NCBI GenBank assembly: GCA_002633005.1
Contig: NMRA01000302.1
Location: 401,848 to 465,847 of the forward strand
DNA: 64,000 bases
Source of the DNA: Phoronis australis
Lineage: Eukaryota > Animalia > Phoronida
Direction of reading: 5' to 3'
Shown here: positions 13,701 to 25,800 of the stretch, piece by piece
How positions within the stretch are numbered: the first letter of the stretch is position 1
Layout: each line of letters begins with the position of its first letter
Made by a program: the position numbers and the translations under genes
The notes under the pieces: generated by a model
What the model was told of the DNA's origin: nothing
Seen by the model: only the letters and a program-made list of their open reading frames with translations
The model's database searches: none

Positions 13701-16700
13701 ATAACTAAAAATTGAGCCCTTAATTCAATCAAAATAATTAGGGACTTAGTCCTTAAATTGGGGGTGTTGCATTAAAAGTTCCCTACTTATTTTCAATAAT
13801 ATTGAGAATTCAATGTAGACTTCACTGTCGATTTGTTTCAAAGCCAAACATTGACTTAGTAATGATACCCAAACAGCATAAGGTAGGACAATCAGTGTTT
13901 TCACAAGCCCGCAAATAAGAAGTAGATTTAGGGAACTTAGCTGAGTCCCTGTTTGGGACTGTTTCATGAAACCGGGCAATGGTTTCTTTTTCTTCAAACG
14001 TTCCAAATTGGAACCTCTAACCATGTTCGACGTTCCAAACGATGTTTTATTCTTTAAAGTAAAACTCTTCAGAAGTGTCATTATCTTTGTTGCACAGGCG
14101 AGAGACAGAAGCATAACGAAAGTACTTCTTTTTATAGTTCCGTAATTTTTCAGGTAGTCATCACTTACGAGGATCGTTTTAATTAGAAAAACATAATGAT
14201 GGGCCAGTTGACCCACAGGGCCTCAAAGCTTTGAGTTAATTTTTAAGCGCTATTGATAACATTATCCAGTGTTTTTGTTCCTTTTAGACAAATGTGTTAT
14301 AATTGCAACCTCAGCTCCTACAGGGCCAAGAGAGAGATCACAGTGCACGCAATGACGAGGAGTTTGGTCCAAAAATTATCTCAGCACATAGTATAGTTGA
14401 AAAGGCTGTGTGAAATATCGTGGAACAAAAAGCAATAAGAAAATGTGAACCATTGTTTGAATGGCTCGTATTACGCGACCAGTTGTCAATAGCACATCAT
14501 TGTCTCCAGGGTGTATCTCAATAATTTGTAGGAGGTAATAAATTACTCCTTGGTAAAGTGTCAGTTTTGACGTTTTATTGTTGTTGAAAACTAACTGTTG
14601 AATAAGCAAAGTTGCTTACAGCACCAGGTGTGACGTATAATAATATGATATTTCAAGAAGAAAAACAGCCCAACGATAGTCATTTACGGTTATGCAATGC
14701 TCAACAAGACCAACAGGTGGGCTATACTCCGTTAATTTAAGTTGTAAACAGGGGTGGCGCAGCACCGAGGCATAATCCGCCAAAAGCTTCCGGCGTATGA
14801 AGCGCCTATAGGAGCATCACCATCCCTATTGGGGCCAGTAGAGACTGTGGCACAGTCTAAATTAGACACTGACCACCGTCTCTGGCTGGCGAGCTCCGTA
14901 AAAATAGGAGCGCGCGCAGTGTAATAATGGCCAGTTGACGATTTGGGCAACTGAACGAAGGACTACTCGACGAAAAAAAATTGATTACGGGAGTATTTGT
15001 TCGAGTTGGAAGGAATTAAAAACCTAATAGCACACCTCATGAGGTTGTTACAACATACATATCACTGAGGAGTCTCAAGAAAGTGAGCCACTTTTTGACA
15101 AGTAATTTCTCAGCAACGGATTAATCGATTTTTTTTTCAAATTCTTAAATAAAAATCTTAGAATACCGTCAACAAATGTATAAAATATCAAAGAGACCTA
15201 TGTCCAATTGTGCGAGTACTGTTAAATTAAAAACATCAGGTCAAAAAATAAAATATCAAAGGGAAGGTCGCTTATTTCAGTCTATGCTCAATGTGGCCTC
15301 CATCTTCCTCCGCGACTAAATGGAGCAGTTGCTTCCAACCATAAATGTGTATTTCTTCCATCGAATCGAAATTTCCTCCCATGACATAATTATCTTGTCT
15401 TTTAACTCCCGCTCGGTAAATTTGCCTTTCATTCCTCGGCAAACTTTCTCCTTCAGAGAGTCTCATATGGCACAGTCCTTTTTTTACGAATTGCAGTCAG
15501 GACTGAGCGGAGGCCACTCATCCTTTTTGATGAATTTAGGTGTGGCTTCCTCCATATGAGCCTGAGTTATCCTGCCTGATCTTGCTGAAACACGTAATTG
15601 TTTCCACGAAAAAGTCGCCTGCAATCGAAGAGAACGTTTTCGTGCAATAACTGCATTTATGGTTGATTGTTAACTTTGTCTCTATCAGTGTCAACAAAAT
15701 GAATGTTTTTCCTTCCCAAGATACTCCAGCGGAAACCATTACTTTTTGAAAAATCTGGAAGTTTCATGATAGAGTGGAGAAGAATAAATTTCTCGTTTTT
15801 GTTTTCAATTAACACGATCGTTTTGGCGATTTACCGATTTCTAGCGTAAAGTCTTCATCACCAGACATAATGATACTTTTCACATCAATAGCGGTCATGC
15901 AAGTAACTGTATAGACTTTTTACTTTTCCTTCTAACATTTTGGTCTCTCCGCGATACCCACATTCTTTTGAAGGGTTTTAACTCCATTTTTTTTTTTGCC
16001 ATTCTTTGCACAGAAGACTTGCTTACTTGTAAATACTTTGCAACTTCTCTCAAAGATTTGCGATTCCCCGGGTTGTTCTCCTGGGATTGAATCAGTTCCT
16101 CAACAAGACCCTCGTTTTCTTTCGAACATGCAGTCTGGGGCTTCCCACTGCCATATTTACGCGCAACAAACCTTGTGTTGCTTACTTTAGCAATAAGCCT
16201 ATAGGCTATTTACAGTCGCACAACTCCATCCTTTTTCTGGGAACTCCCTTACGATTCTTCTTCCGCTCCACCCTTTCTCCTTGATACAGGTTTCAACTGC
16301 AAATTTATCATTTTCACTTAAAGACATCCTTACAAATCGGTATATTTGACAAAACTGATTGGGATAGAGATTTGACAACATAAAACAGTAGACTTGAGCC
16401 CCATGCGGGCAACTGTTTGGACTGACAGTTGCCAGCACCGCATGAACGCAATGAAAGTCAAAGTCATATTGCATTTTTACCCCGATGCTTTTAATTTCAC
16501 GGTACTTTCATAGCTTTTTATATTTCTCCAAGATACTTTGTGAAAAATTAGAACGAATTCGGTTGGTTGATTGCTGAGAAATTACTTGTCAAAAAGTGGC
16601 TCACTTTTTGGGACAGCTGATATATAACGAAGCCATAAGTACATGTACCAACAGATTAATCCTAACGAAATCCGTCGCCAAAAATTTAAAAAATCATCAC

Positions 16701-18353
16701 TTGTCACGAACTGGAACCGAGTGATACTCCGACATTTTAGATTTTCCGCTAAGTCGGAATTGAGATTCCTTGGGAACGATCGAATATCAAGGCCGACTAT
16801 TCGACTGGACTATGCGTGTTTTACTAGCTGGGAGTGACTAACTTAGGCAAACATTATAAACAAAACAACGGCCATGCAATATCATAATAGTTAAGTAAAA
16901 TCTGTATACAGTTTGAATATTATGACAATTAAACTTGCAAAAATATTGAAAATAAATTCAGACGGGGATAACTAAGATACCGGTGATCTCGGCGACTTTT
17001 TAGACGACTGACAATATTTTCCTATCGCCGACATTCAGTTCATAGATCACACTTTGATTACACTCCTTCCCGTTTGAGTTTTTAGACAATGGAGGTATCG
17101 ATTGTGAATTTTTGTCACGTTTTAAAGTCTGTTTTGTCTAATTGAAAATTTGAGTCAATTTATCAAGGGATTATTTACCCGGCAAAGTAACACATGGAAA
17201 CTGCCGGGGTTACTTTGTCGGTTGCCGTCGTGTTCAGGCAGCAAAAATGAAGAACAGGCGCGGGTTATTGCAACTCAGGTGAGGAGCGTACTGTTTTGAG
17301 AACAAGTTTTTGTTTGTTGAAACATCGCTGTGTGTGGATGCTTTTTTTACTTTACAATTTTAACGCCCAGTAAAGCCGATGCCGATTTGCTGTCAAGTTA
17401 CGCAGAAATGCGCTCACACGTAGTCACACGCCAACTGCGGTTAATTTGCATCAGTTTTATGATGTGGCGATTAACGAAAGACATTTGCCGATAATGAAAG
17501 ATTTTTCCATTAATTCATTACCAGAGTGGGTCCTGCTTCTGAAATTTGACGTGCCCTCGCGGTGCTGCAACAGGGCTGACCAAAGTCAAACTCAGTAATG
17601 ATGGCTGCGTGATATGCTAAGAACAGATAAAATTCGGACAAAGAATACTCAAATTTGCATGAAATGAACGAAAATTAGAATCAATAGCAACCAAACAAAA
17701 TACCAACGCTTTTACGCTCATGGTGATATCAATACGTTTTTAGGAACATACATATGTAGCCGTCATTCACTATATAATCGTTCCCCGATGCACACAGGGA
17801 ACTCGGGTAACGGAAATAGACGGGAATAGTCGATGATTTTCTGATCTCGACCTTGGTATAAGATTGAGCTCAAAAAGGCTTTTAATTTGATGACAGGAGG
17901 TAAACGTTATGCCATGTTACATATTACTTAATCTGGTATATTTTCAAGTTTTTGAACTAGATTACCCTTTAAGACAAGGACTTTAAAGACACCAACGGCC
18001 TCCTCAGTCCCTTCTGAGTATGCACATAAGGTATACTTATAATAACGGTGACATAGATGTTTTAATCAGTGTGAGGCATAATTTGTCAAAGCTTCTGGCG
18101 TATGAAGCTCCTGTGGAAAGCTTCACCATCTCTACTGGGGTCTCAAGGTAACTGAGCTCTCATTGACTCGCGCGATTCGGCGACTGGTACAAACTTACGT
18201 GTAAATTTCTAGTAACACACTAGAAAAACTCAAACTCTTTGCACTCGAAGTCGTCAATATGTTGTATATCTGAGGACCTTTCACCACTAAACAAGCAACG
18301 ATAACATAACTGTTGAGAACGTTCACAACATCTAGTTCTGAAATTGAACCCAT
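10738..18353 (-). CDS. SLC66A3: PQ-loop repeat membrane protein SLC66A3/PQLC3-like, paralog 1 (211 aa). Exons: 18353-18199, 13294-13212, 12597-12525, 11845-11779, 11307-11187, 10874-10738
   Basis: Six exons (155, 83, 73, 67, 121, 137 nt = 636) splice in frame. The protein has the PQ-loop motif (VKGPQIYNILTTSSAKSLSFSSVLLE), then YQAAKGHPLGAYLEH, a second repeat (QWYAIYKSGDSGQVSPVTW) and a C-terminal TVLYYRKEEKKKSS. This is colinear with PQLC3 as I recall it. A two-codon longer start at 18359 is possible but is not conserved in paralog 2. Confidence 0.88.
11846..12524 (-). other. U12-type (minor spliceosome) GT-AG intron 3 of SLC66A3 paralog 1
   Basis: 5' splice site GTATCCTTT (12524-12516). 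Branch site TCCTTAAC (11863-11856) ends 10 nt before the exon. No polypyrimidine tract; phase 2. Confidence 0.93.
13546..13978. mobile_element. MITE with about 55-bp TIRs and a 3-bp TSD (PIF/Harbinger-like), present only in paralog 1
   Basis: CGGTTGCATGAAACAGTCCCAAATAGGGACTCAACTAAGTTCCCTAAATCT and its near reverse complement, with ATG duplicated on both sides. Paralog 2 shows the empty site (GGAACTATGGTTTC near 26432). Confidence 0.8.
15066..16620 (-). mobile_element. Degenerate near-full-length Tc1/mariner-superfamily (DDD, mariner/maT-like) DNA transposon in intron 1 of SLC66A3 paralog 1
   Basis: Inverted termini with the core AAAGTGAGCCACTTTTTGACAAGTAATTTCTCAGCAA at both ends and TA after the right end. 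Broken minus-strand transposase: MSLSENDKFAVETCIKEKGWSGRRIVREFPEKGW, SGDEDFTL, MVSAGVSWEGKT, YVFQQD, EWPPLSPDCN, DGGHIEHRLK. It has many stops and frameshifts, and the left tip is decayed. Confidence 0.88.
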
Positions 18354-19756
18354 CTTCATAACTTCGCAGCTAACCTTTGACCCGAAACATTGTTTTCTGC
18401 GAATGCGAACCTGGTGGCACACACTGAAGTTTCAAAATATGGGCCACGACAACCAGCTCAACAGCTTGAGTCTGTAAGGTGTCTCTCAATAGTTTTTGTT
18501 TTTCTTTTTTTGGGCCAAGGTTCACTTTGACTCCCCCAATTTCATTAAAAATTTACACCTGCTGGGTTGGCTGGGCATTTCAAGTTCTGTGCTGCATGTG
18601 AAGGCTACGAATGGCATCTCCTTTGGCGATTTTTCAATCTGTTCGGAGCGAGCGATTGTCAGCTCTTGACGGACCCCTTGAGCCACTTTTTGCTCAGCCG
18701 CGGATTTTCTTAAACCTTTAGTGCTTGCAAGCGGGAAGTAGAAATTTAGCAGGAAATTCAGGTTCAATTCAGACTCTTTGGATTTTTGAAAAATCTGGCC
18801 GGTCGACACCCACATTTTACCTGATTTTTGGCCGGCCGGAATCTGGAATTTTGGCAGTCTGAGTGCACTGTCTCTCGCTTCTTAGTAATGGTGACTTTTG
18901 GGTGAAAACTATAGACTCGTCATATTTCTCCTGTTTTTTTTTTTTTTTCAAAGTAGCCCGGCGGCTGCACTTCCGGTAGTCCTAGAAGAGGAATTGACTT
19001 TGAAATCAGTGCAAATTTTCAAGTTTTGTACATCCTGTGGAACAGTCTGTTGGAGATGATTAAACTTGGTTTTTCAAGCCCCAAATCGGGAAAAACTGCT
19101 GAGTGCCACCTTAGACCGAGTCCATGTGTCTGCCTTGAGTCCATATTCTCATTAAAGCCTTTTTTTCAGTGCCTCATTTTTGCCTAATGGATTTTGCATA
19201 CAGTTTTATATGGGTTGTTTTTCGTGAAACATTTCACTAATCCAACTGCCAGTCAACTATTCTACGATCTGCAATGAGCTATATTAATTTATCTCATTTT
19301 TGGCGTGCGTCCCGCAAAGGCAAGAATCTCAGCCGAATCTTCTGCATTGGATTTGTTTGTTTTCATTCGAGTGATCCTTAAAGTTTTTCTTTGCTTTTAC
19401 TGCTTCTGTTGTTATTTTTAATCCCCTTGGGGTACCTCAAGCATTCCCGCCAAAAATGCAGGCTTCAGTAAATAGGAAACAATAGCCCGTCCCAGTCTGC
19501 TGAATTATCACTCAACACAATGAGAGATGTGTTACGAGCCTTGACAATGCAATAAAACCGCGAGTATTCAACATTTTCCAGGAAACAGCCTTTCCTCTAC
19601 GCATTTACCCGTGTTACAAGTCTACTAGACTGATATCATGCTAACCCAAAAAGAAGGTTGAATGACTAGGTCGCTTATTGGCTTTTCATAGGCCTAAGAA
19701 CTAGCCGACATCTTTCTCCTCATTAATTTCACTTACTGCTATAGATATATTATATA

Positions 19757-20884
19757 TCAGGTGTCCCGAAAAGTGAGCCACTTTTTGTCAAGTAATTTCT
19801 CAGCAACGGACACACCGAATTTTTTAAAATTTCGTGCAGATAAACCTTAGAATGTCGTCTACAAATATGCAAAATATCAAAGAGATCCGTGAATAATTAT
19901 GCGAGTCGACTGTCAAATTAAAAACAAGTCTAAAAAATATCAAAGGGAAGCTCTCTTATTTCAGTCTACGCTCAGTGTGTCCTCTTTCTTTCTCCACGAC
20001 TAAAGGGAGCCGTTTCTTCCAACCAGAACTGCTTTACAGCATTTCTTCCATGAAAAAATTATCCTGTCTTTAAATTCCTGCTCAGTCAATTTGTCTCTCA
20101 CTCCCCGATAAACTTTCTCCTTCAGTGAGTGACATGTGGCACAGTCCTTTTTTAATTGCAGTCAGGACTGAGTCGAGGCCACTTAACCTTTTTGATAAAT
20201 GTTGGTGTGGCCCCCTCCAGATGAGCCTGGGTTATCTTGCCCCATTTTGTTTCCAGGATAAAGTCGCCTGTTGACTTTAGCTCCACCAGTGTCAATAAAG
20301 TGAACATTTGTTTTCCTTCCCGAGATACTCCAGCAGAAACCACTACTTTTTTGAAAATAATGGGCGGCGCAGCACTGAAAAAAGTGGGGTTATAGCCCCC
20401 CTNCCCCCCAGCCACTTTTATGCGCAACAGACCCTGTTTGTGTATCATTTGTCTATTTACATTGGAACGACTCCACCCTTTTCCTGGGAACTCCCTTGCG
20501 TTTCTTCTTCCGCCCCAACCTTCTTTCTTGAAACAGTAAGTTTATCCCTCAAAGGCATCCTTACAAACCGTAATATTGGAAAGAACTGATTTGGATACAG
20601 ACCTGACAATACAAAAACAATGAATTTGAGACCCAGGTAGAAATTTGTTTGACTGACAGATGCCAGCACCGCAAGAACAAGATGAAAGTCACAGTGATAT
20701 CATTTTTCACCCTACTGTATTGAATTTCACAGTACTTCCGTAACTTGTCATATTTCTCTGAGATACTTTGAAGACTTGTTGGTGACACCCTGAACATACA
20801 TTGTTAAAAAAATGAACGACTTCGGTTGGTCAATTGCTGAGAAATTACTTGTCAAAAAGGCGCTCACTTCTTTGGGACACCTGA
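19757..20884 (-). mobile_element. Second, shorter copy of the same Tc1/mariner family
   Basis: TA-TCAGGTGTCCC...GGGACACCTGA-TA termini with about 50-bp TIRs. Transposase remnants VVVSAGVSREGK and FIKKVKWPRLSPDCN. The middle is missing and contains an assembly 'n' at 20403. Confidence 0.88.
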
Positions 20885-22842
20885 TATAAACCACGTGAGG
20901 GACCACACGTGGTTTGCTGACCAGACTTAGAAATGTTTGAAAATTTAAATGTTTACAAAAACCGATGTCTTCTCTAAGGTCTGAAAATTTGTTTTAATTT
21001 TCTAAGAAAATTTTAGTTCCCTAAGAAAGTTTTCTAAAAAGATGCCTGTGCGATTTTATTTTTTCAGTGCTGAGCAAACATCTTCTTGCCCAGACTGACT
21101 AACAGAAGCAGGTTAGGCTATTTACTGTACGGCATGTAAAGTATCTTATTTCTGTGGCCAAGAACATGACGGCGTTTTTTCGTTCAGTGACTTTACTAGA
21201 CGTAAAGGGTTGTGAGCGTGTGAAAACATCTAGCTTCTTTGTTAAATGCCATGACATCAGGCAGGCCAATTATCTACCAGACCACGTGTGATCAGTCAAA
21301 CCAGAGCGCATTGATACATTCGGAAAGAATAGATTGTCGTAACTTCGGTTGTAGTTGGACGATTTTGGCACTTCAAAAACTAAAACGTGATCACCATTTG
21401 ACGAGGATTTCAGAAATGCTATTGGTTTATGTTCAAATATATTATACCGGTAACTTGACTTTTATTTTTAGCAGCACATTCCAGTCAGGCTAGATATGAT
21501 CTTACTGGAGATTAGAGCAATTATCGAACAAAAGAGAGCTCCAACCATAAAAGCTAGAATGGGGTTAATCAGTCGTGTATTGACTAGGGGAGTGTTCTTC
21601 CCAACTTGTTGTTGGGCTATAGAATCGAACAAGCTAGGAGCAACGGAGAGCGACGTAATGAGGAAGGTGTACACACAATAGACACTGAGCCACCCCTATG
21701 CAAATATTGTATATTGGAAAACATGTCTCAAGGATGCATAAATATCACTGTACAGTTGTTTTGTATATATTTGGATTCTTTCACCAACCGTGTACACTAA
21801 AAACAAAAACAGAATATAAGGAATAACAATTGAAAGTTGCACAATATGAAACATGGGGAAGGGTTTGGAACAGGTAAGTAGAGGAAAAAATCAGCTTTGT
21901 GTTTTGTATGGTTCCCAATCCTTTTAATTAAAGCCGGAGTTCCACATGAGTTTCACATGAGTTTCAGCAGATGATGTTGCTTACCATGTCATCAGTGAAA
22001 CAAGAAACTATTTTTCAGTGCCCATCACCATCGTTGGTTTTAACTAAAAATGATAATGTACAAAAAAGAAATTTTCATTGATTATTTATTAATGCCAACA
22101 GACCTGAGCATGACGGCTGTAAACTGCCATGTGATTAGCTACTGTCCTTAGTAGGCCTACATCACAACAATAACTGCCGTGTGATTGGCTACAATCCTTT
22201 GTGCGTCACAAAATGATACAAGATCCTTATTAATGTGCATCCAGAGATTACAAATATGGATAACACCTGGTTGATAGTCTGGTATTGATACAAGGAGGAC
22301 GCTCACTCCACACTGTCATTTATAGGGTTAACTATTCCCACGCCACCTCTTTTTGTGGGATCCCTAGGACCAAACAAGAATTTACTTCAAAATTTTCGTG
22401 ACCTGATTTGATTCCAACATATAAAATTTGCTGTCGGGGAACATACTACAGAAAATTACTTAGACTGACATCCTAACAAAACATGGAATGTTTTGATTAG
22501 ATTGAAACGAAATTTTTGCCATGATATTTATAACAATAAAACAAGAGTTTTTAAATTAAAGGCTGAAATAAGTTAAACACTTCAAAAAATAAAAGTATAA
22601 TATGACACTAGATTCAAAAAACCAAGGTACTAGTGTGTATACTTTTGCAACTATTGTTGTAATTTATTCTACTTGAAGCTTAATTGTCCCTTTATATTTC
22701 AATACTGAACAGTGAAGGATATGCCTAGACAATACAACCTGTCACAGCACACCTAGCTGAACCACATGGTAATTCATGTAACTTATCAATAAATGTGTGA
22801 TCTAACCTATTACCATTTTTGCTATGAATATGCATGAACATT

Positions 22843-25800
22843 TTAGGCAGATTTCTTCTTTTCTTCCTTTCTGTAGTAGAGAACAGTCAACATCATAATC
22901 AGGGCCAGAGATGATGACAAGATCTGATTGGCCATCATGCTGTAGTCATTAATGACCAACAGATTAGTGGCAAAGCGACCTACAATTGAGAAAAAAATTA
23001 TGTCCAGAAGTTTTGCAATCCACGTGCAAATTTGCACAATTATATTTTAAAAACTGACAGTCCTGGGTTAAATAAACGGACAAGTCAGCCTTTATCCTAC
23101 TATTGAAACCCTGACACGAGTGTCCGAGTACCAGGTTGTACTGAAAACTCAGCATTTAATGATTCCGTTGTTCCGAATCTATTGTTGCCCAATGGAAATC
23201 TGACTATAACTATGCAACTGAGCTTCAAAATATTCCAGTCTTGGAAATAATTAATAAAATATGATCATATAATCACATAAAACTTAATGACTTACTCATA
23301 CTGGTGGAGAGCGTCATGCCCCATGTGACTGGGCTAACTTGCCCCGAATCCCCCGATTTGTAGATTGCATACCACTGGAAGGCTCGGCTAAATACCATCA
23401 CTGGACCTATGTTTCTCTACAAGTAGGAAAAGAATAATTCGCTTTTGAAATGAAAAGGCTTGCATATAACAAAGTACAAGTTAAGGGCACTTAATAGACC
23501 AGACCCTAACCAATCTTAGTAAAGTTTAAATCTTGAAATTATAAGTAATTAATAGAGAGATGGAAAAGTTGCAAATTTATACAAAAATTGTAGTTTTGAA
23601 ACTATCTTGGATTTCAATGACAGGCAAAATTGCTACCTCTAGGAAGGCTCACAAAAAAATCCATTTAACCATTTTCCATAGAAAATTCTTAATTTTGTAT
23701 GACACTAACAATGGACCTTGCCATTAAAAACACTTTTAAGATTGGTTATGTAGGACTTGTCGTCAAGTCTGTGAATTTAGTAAAATATCAAGAAAACTAC
23801 ATTATCTGAAAGTAGAAAGGCTATAGAATTCAATTTTTGACAATTACCAATCTGTTATTAACTGGGTCACGTGACCATGTCTTTTTTAGTAAAATTTAGC
23901 AAAAACGAAAGGTATATTGATAGCAAAACAATGGCATCAATCACACATAAAATGTTCATGGTGAGATATCAAAAAAACACATTTACACCTTTCTAAAATA
24001 TCATTTGTTGTTTTTGTTTGATGAAAATCATGAAAGTACTATTTTTGATAGCCCCTCGGGCAAAAGTGGAACATTTTAAAAACAATTTCTAAAAGAGTGC
24101 ATAAAGCATTTCATCAGAAAGTTTCAAATGAATCCAATTGGCCATTTCTGAGATATAGTGTTCCAAAGTTAGCCAAATTTGGCCATTTTTATAGGGTCCT
24201 TCATAACCATAAAAGAACTCTAAGATTCAATCAAAAGCTGAGAAAATTCAAACCGGTAGATAATTCTCACTCAACTTTTAACTTGTTCCCAGGAATAACA
24301 CTTCATTAAAGAAACAAAAGGGAACATACCACAATAAAGACCAATACCCAGTCTGGAGTGATTCCATTGAACACTGAAAAGAAAGCTGCAAGATATCTTT
24401 GACAGCGTTAAGGAGAAAAGGTGCTAATAACACAAATGAATCTTTCAGCACTGAACATTGCATTAGAGTGAGAGCCATGCTTTCCAACAGTCCCATTTAA
24501 GCGGGGCCGTCCCGCATTTTGAAGCTTTGTCTTGTGTCACACCACAATCAACATAAGAATGTCCCATTTGAAGAACTAAAAGGTCATTAGTACTTCACAC
24601 CACGTCCTTAAATGGCTTGTCATGTTAAGTTAGTGCCAGTCACCAAGACAGTAGGCTGTTAAGGGAATTTCTGGTGATTCACCGTATCTAATTCAATTCA
24701 AAGGATAAGAATGCGATGGCATTGTTTTGAAATGGCAAATATACTCCTATGGAGAAAACTGTTATTTTTGACCCCAAAACATCATGGTCTATTGATCCCA
24801 AAACATCATGGTCTATTGACCCCAAAACATCATGGTCTATTGACCCCAAAACGTCATGGTCTATTGACCCCAAAACATCATGGTCTATTGAACTTCAGCA
24901 AAGAACCCCATACCCGGGATCTGCTTCCTGAAAAGTATATTAAGATAAGTTTGCGCTAACGCTATCACTTCAAAACCGCTGAATAAAGGTTTAGCCAGGT
25001 ACATGCATCACATTTTAAAAACAATTTATAGAAATTACCTCGGTAACCGCAGTAACACAGTTACATGTAGATTCTCATGCTCATGTAAGATTTAATTATT
25101 TTTCAAGTGTGAAACGTAAGACCAAATTTCTGACTTAAGTCTTAAGTACCTTTCATGAAACAGACCTTTGCTTTTTAGTTTTTGGTTACCGCAAAACAAG
25201 AGTACCGGTATATGTGATTGCATGTGTGCGCATCTTTAAATAGAAATTGAAAAGAGCTTAGCCAGAGAAATTCTCACAGTATAGATTCTTTAACTATTGA
25301 AATTGTAAAACCCATTTACAAATCTGAAAGGATACATCGGTATTGCCACTGCTAACTTTAAGTTGAAGAGGTTTTGATGATACACTATAAGGGTCAGGAG
25401 AATCACATCTGGAAATATAAAAGACGGTAAAGTCACAAACAGTAAATCAACAAAGCAAAGTTGAAATAACCGGTCATTCAAAAATGGTGTCAAGTTGAAT
25501 GAGCTATAATTATCATAATTAATTCATTCCAAAGTAATCTATGTCAGTTTTTGGGCACAAGATTTATTAATCCAAAGGAAACAAGCAAATTATTGCCAAT
25601 GAGATTTATGATCAAGATTATTGCCAATGAGATTTATGATCAAGAATGTGTAAAGGTCAGATGTTTCACTTTTAAAAGCTCCAGTAAACACTGATCAGAT
25701 GCTTCACTGAAGTTTAAAGTAAAACATATGACCTTTGCAGTTACGATATAGTACATATTCGCACATGAATGTAGTAGTCAAGAGTTAGGAAAGATGCTTC

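Noticed and set aside
24688-24959. Repetitive ORFs DPKTSWSI / PKHHGLLT
   Set aside because: Artefacts of the 24-bp minisatellite inside an intron.
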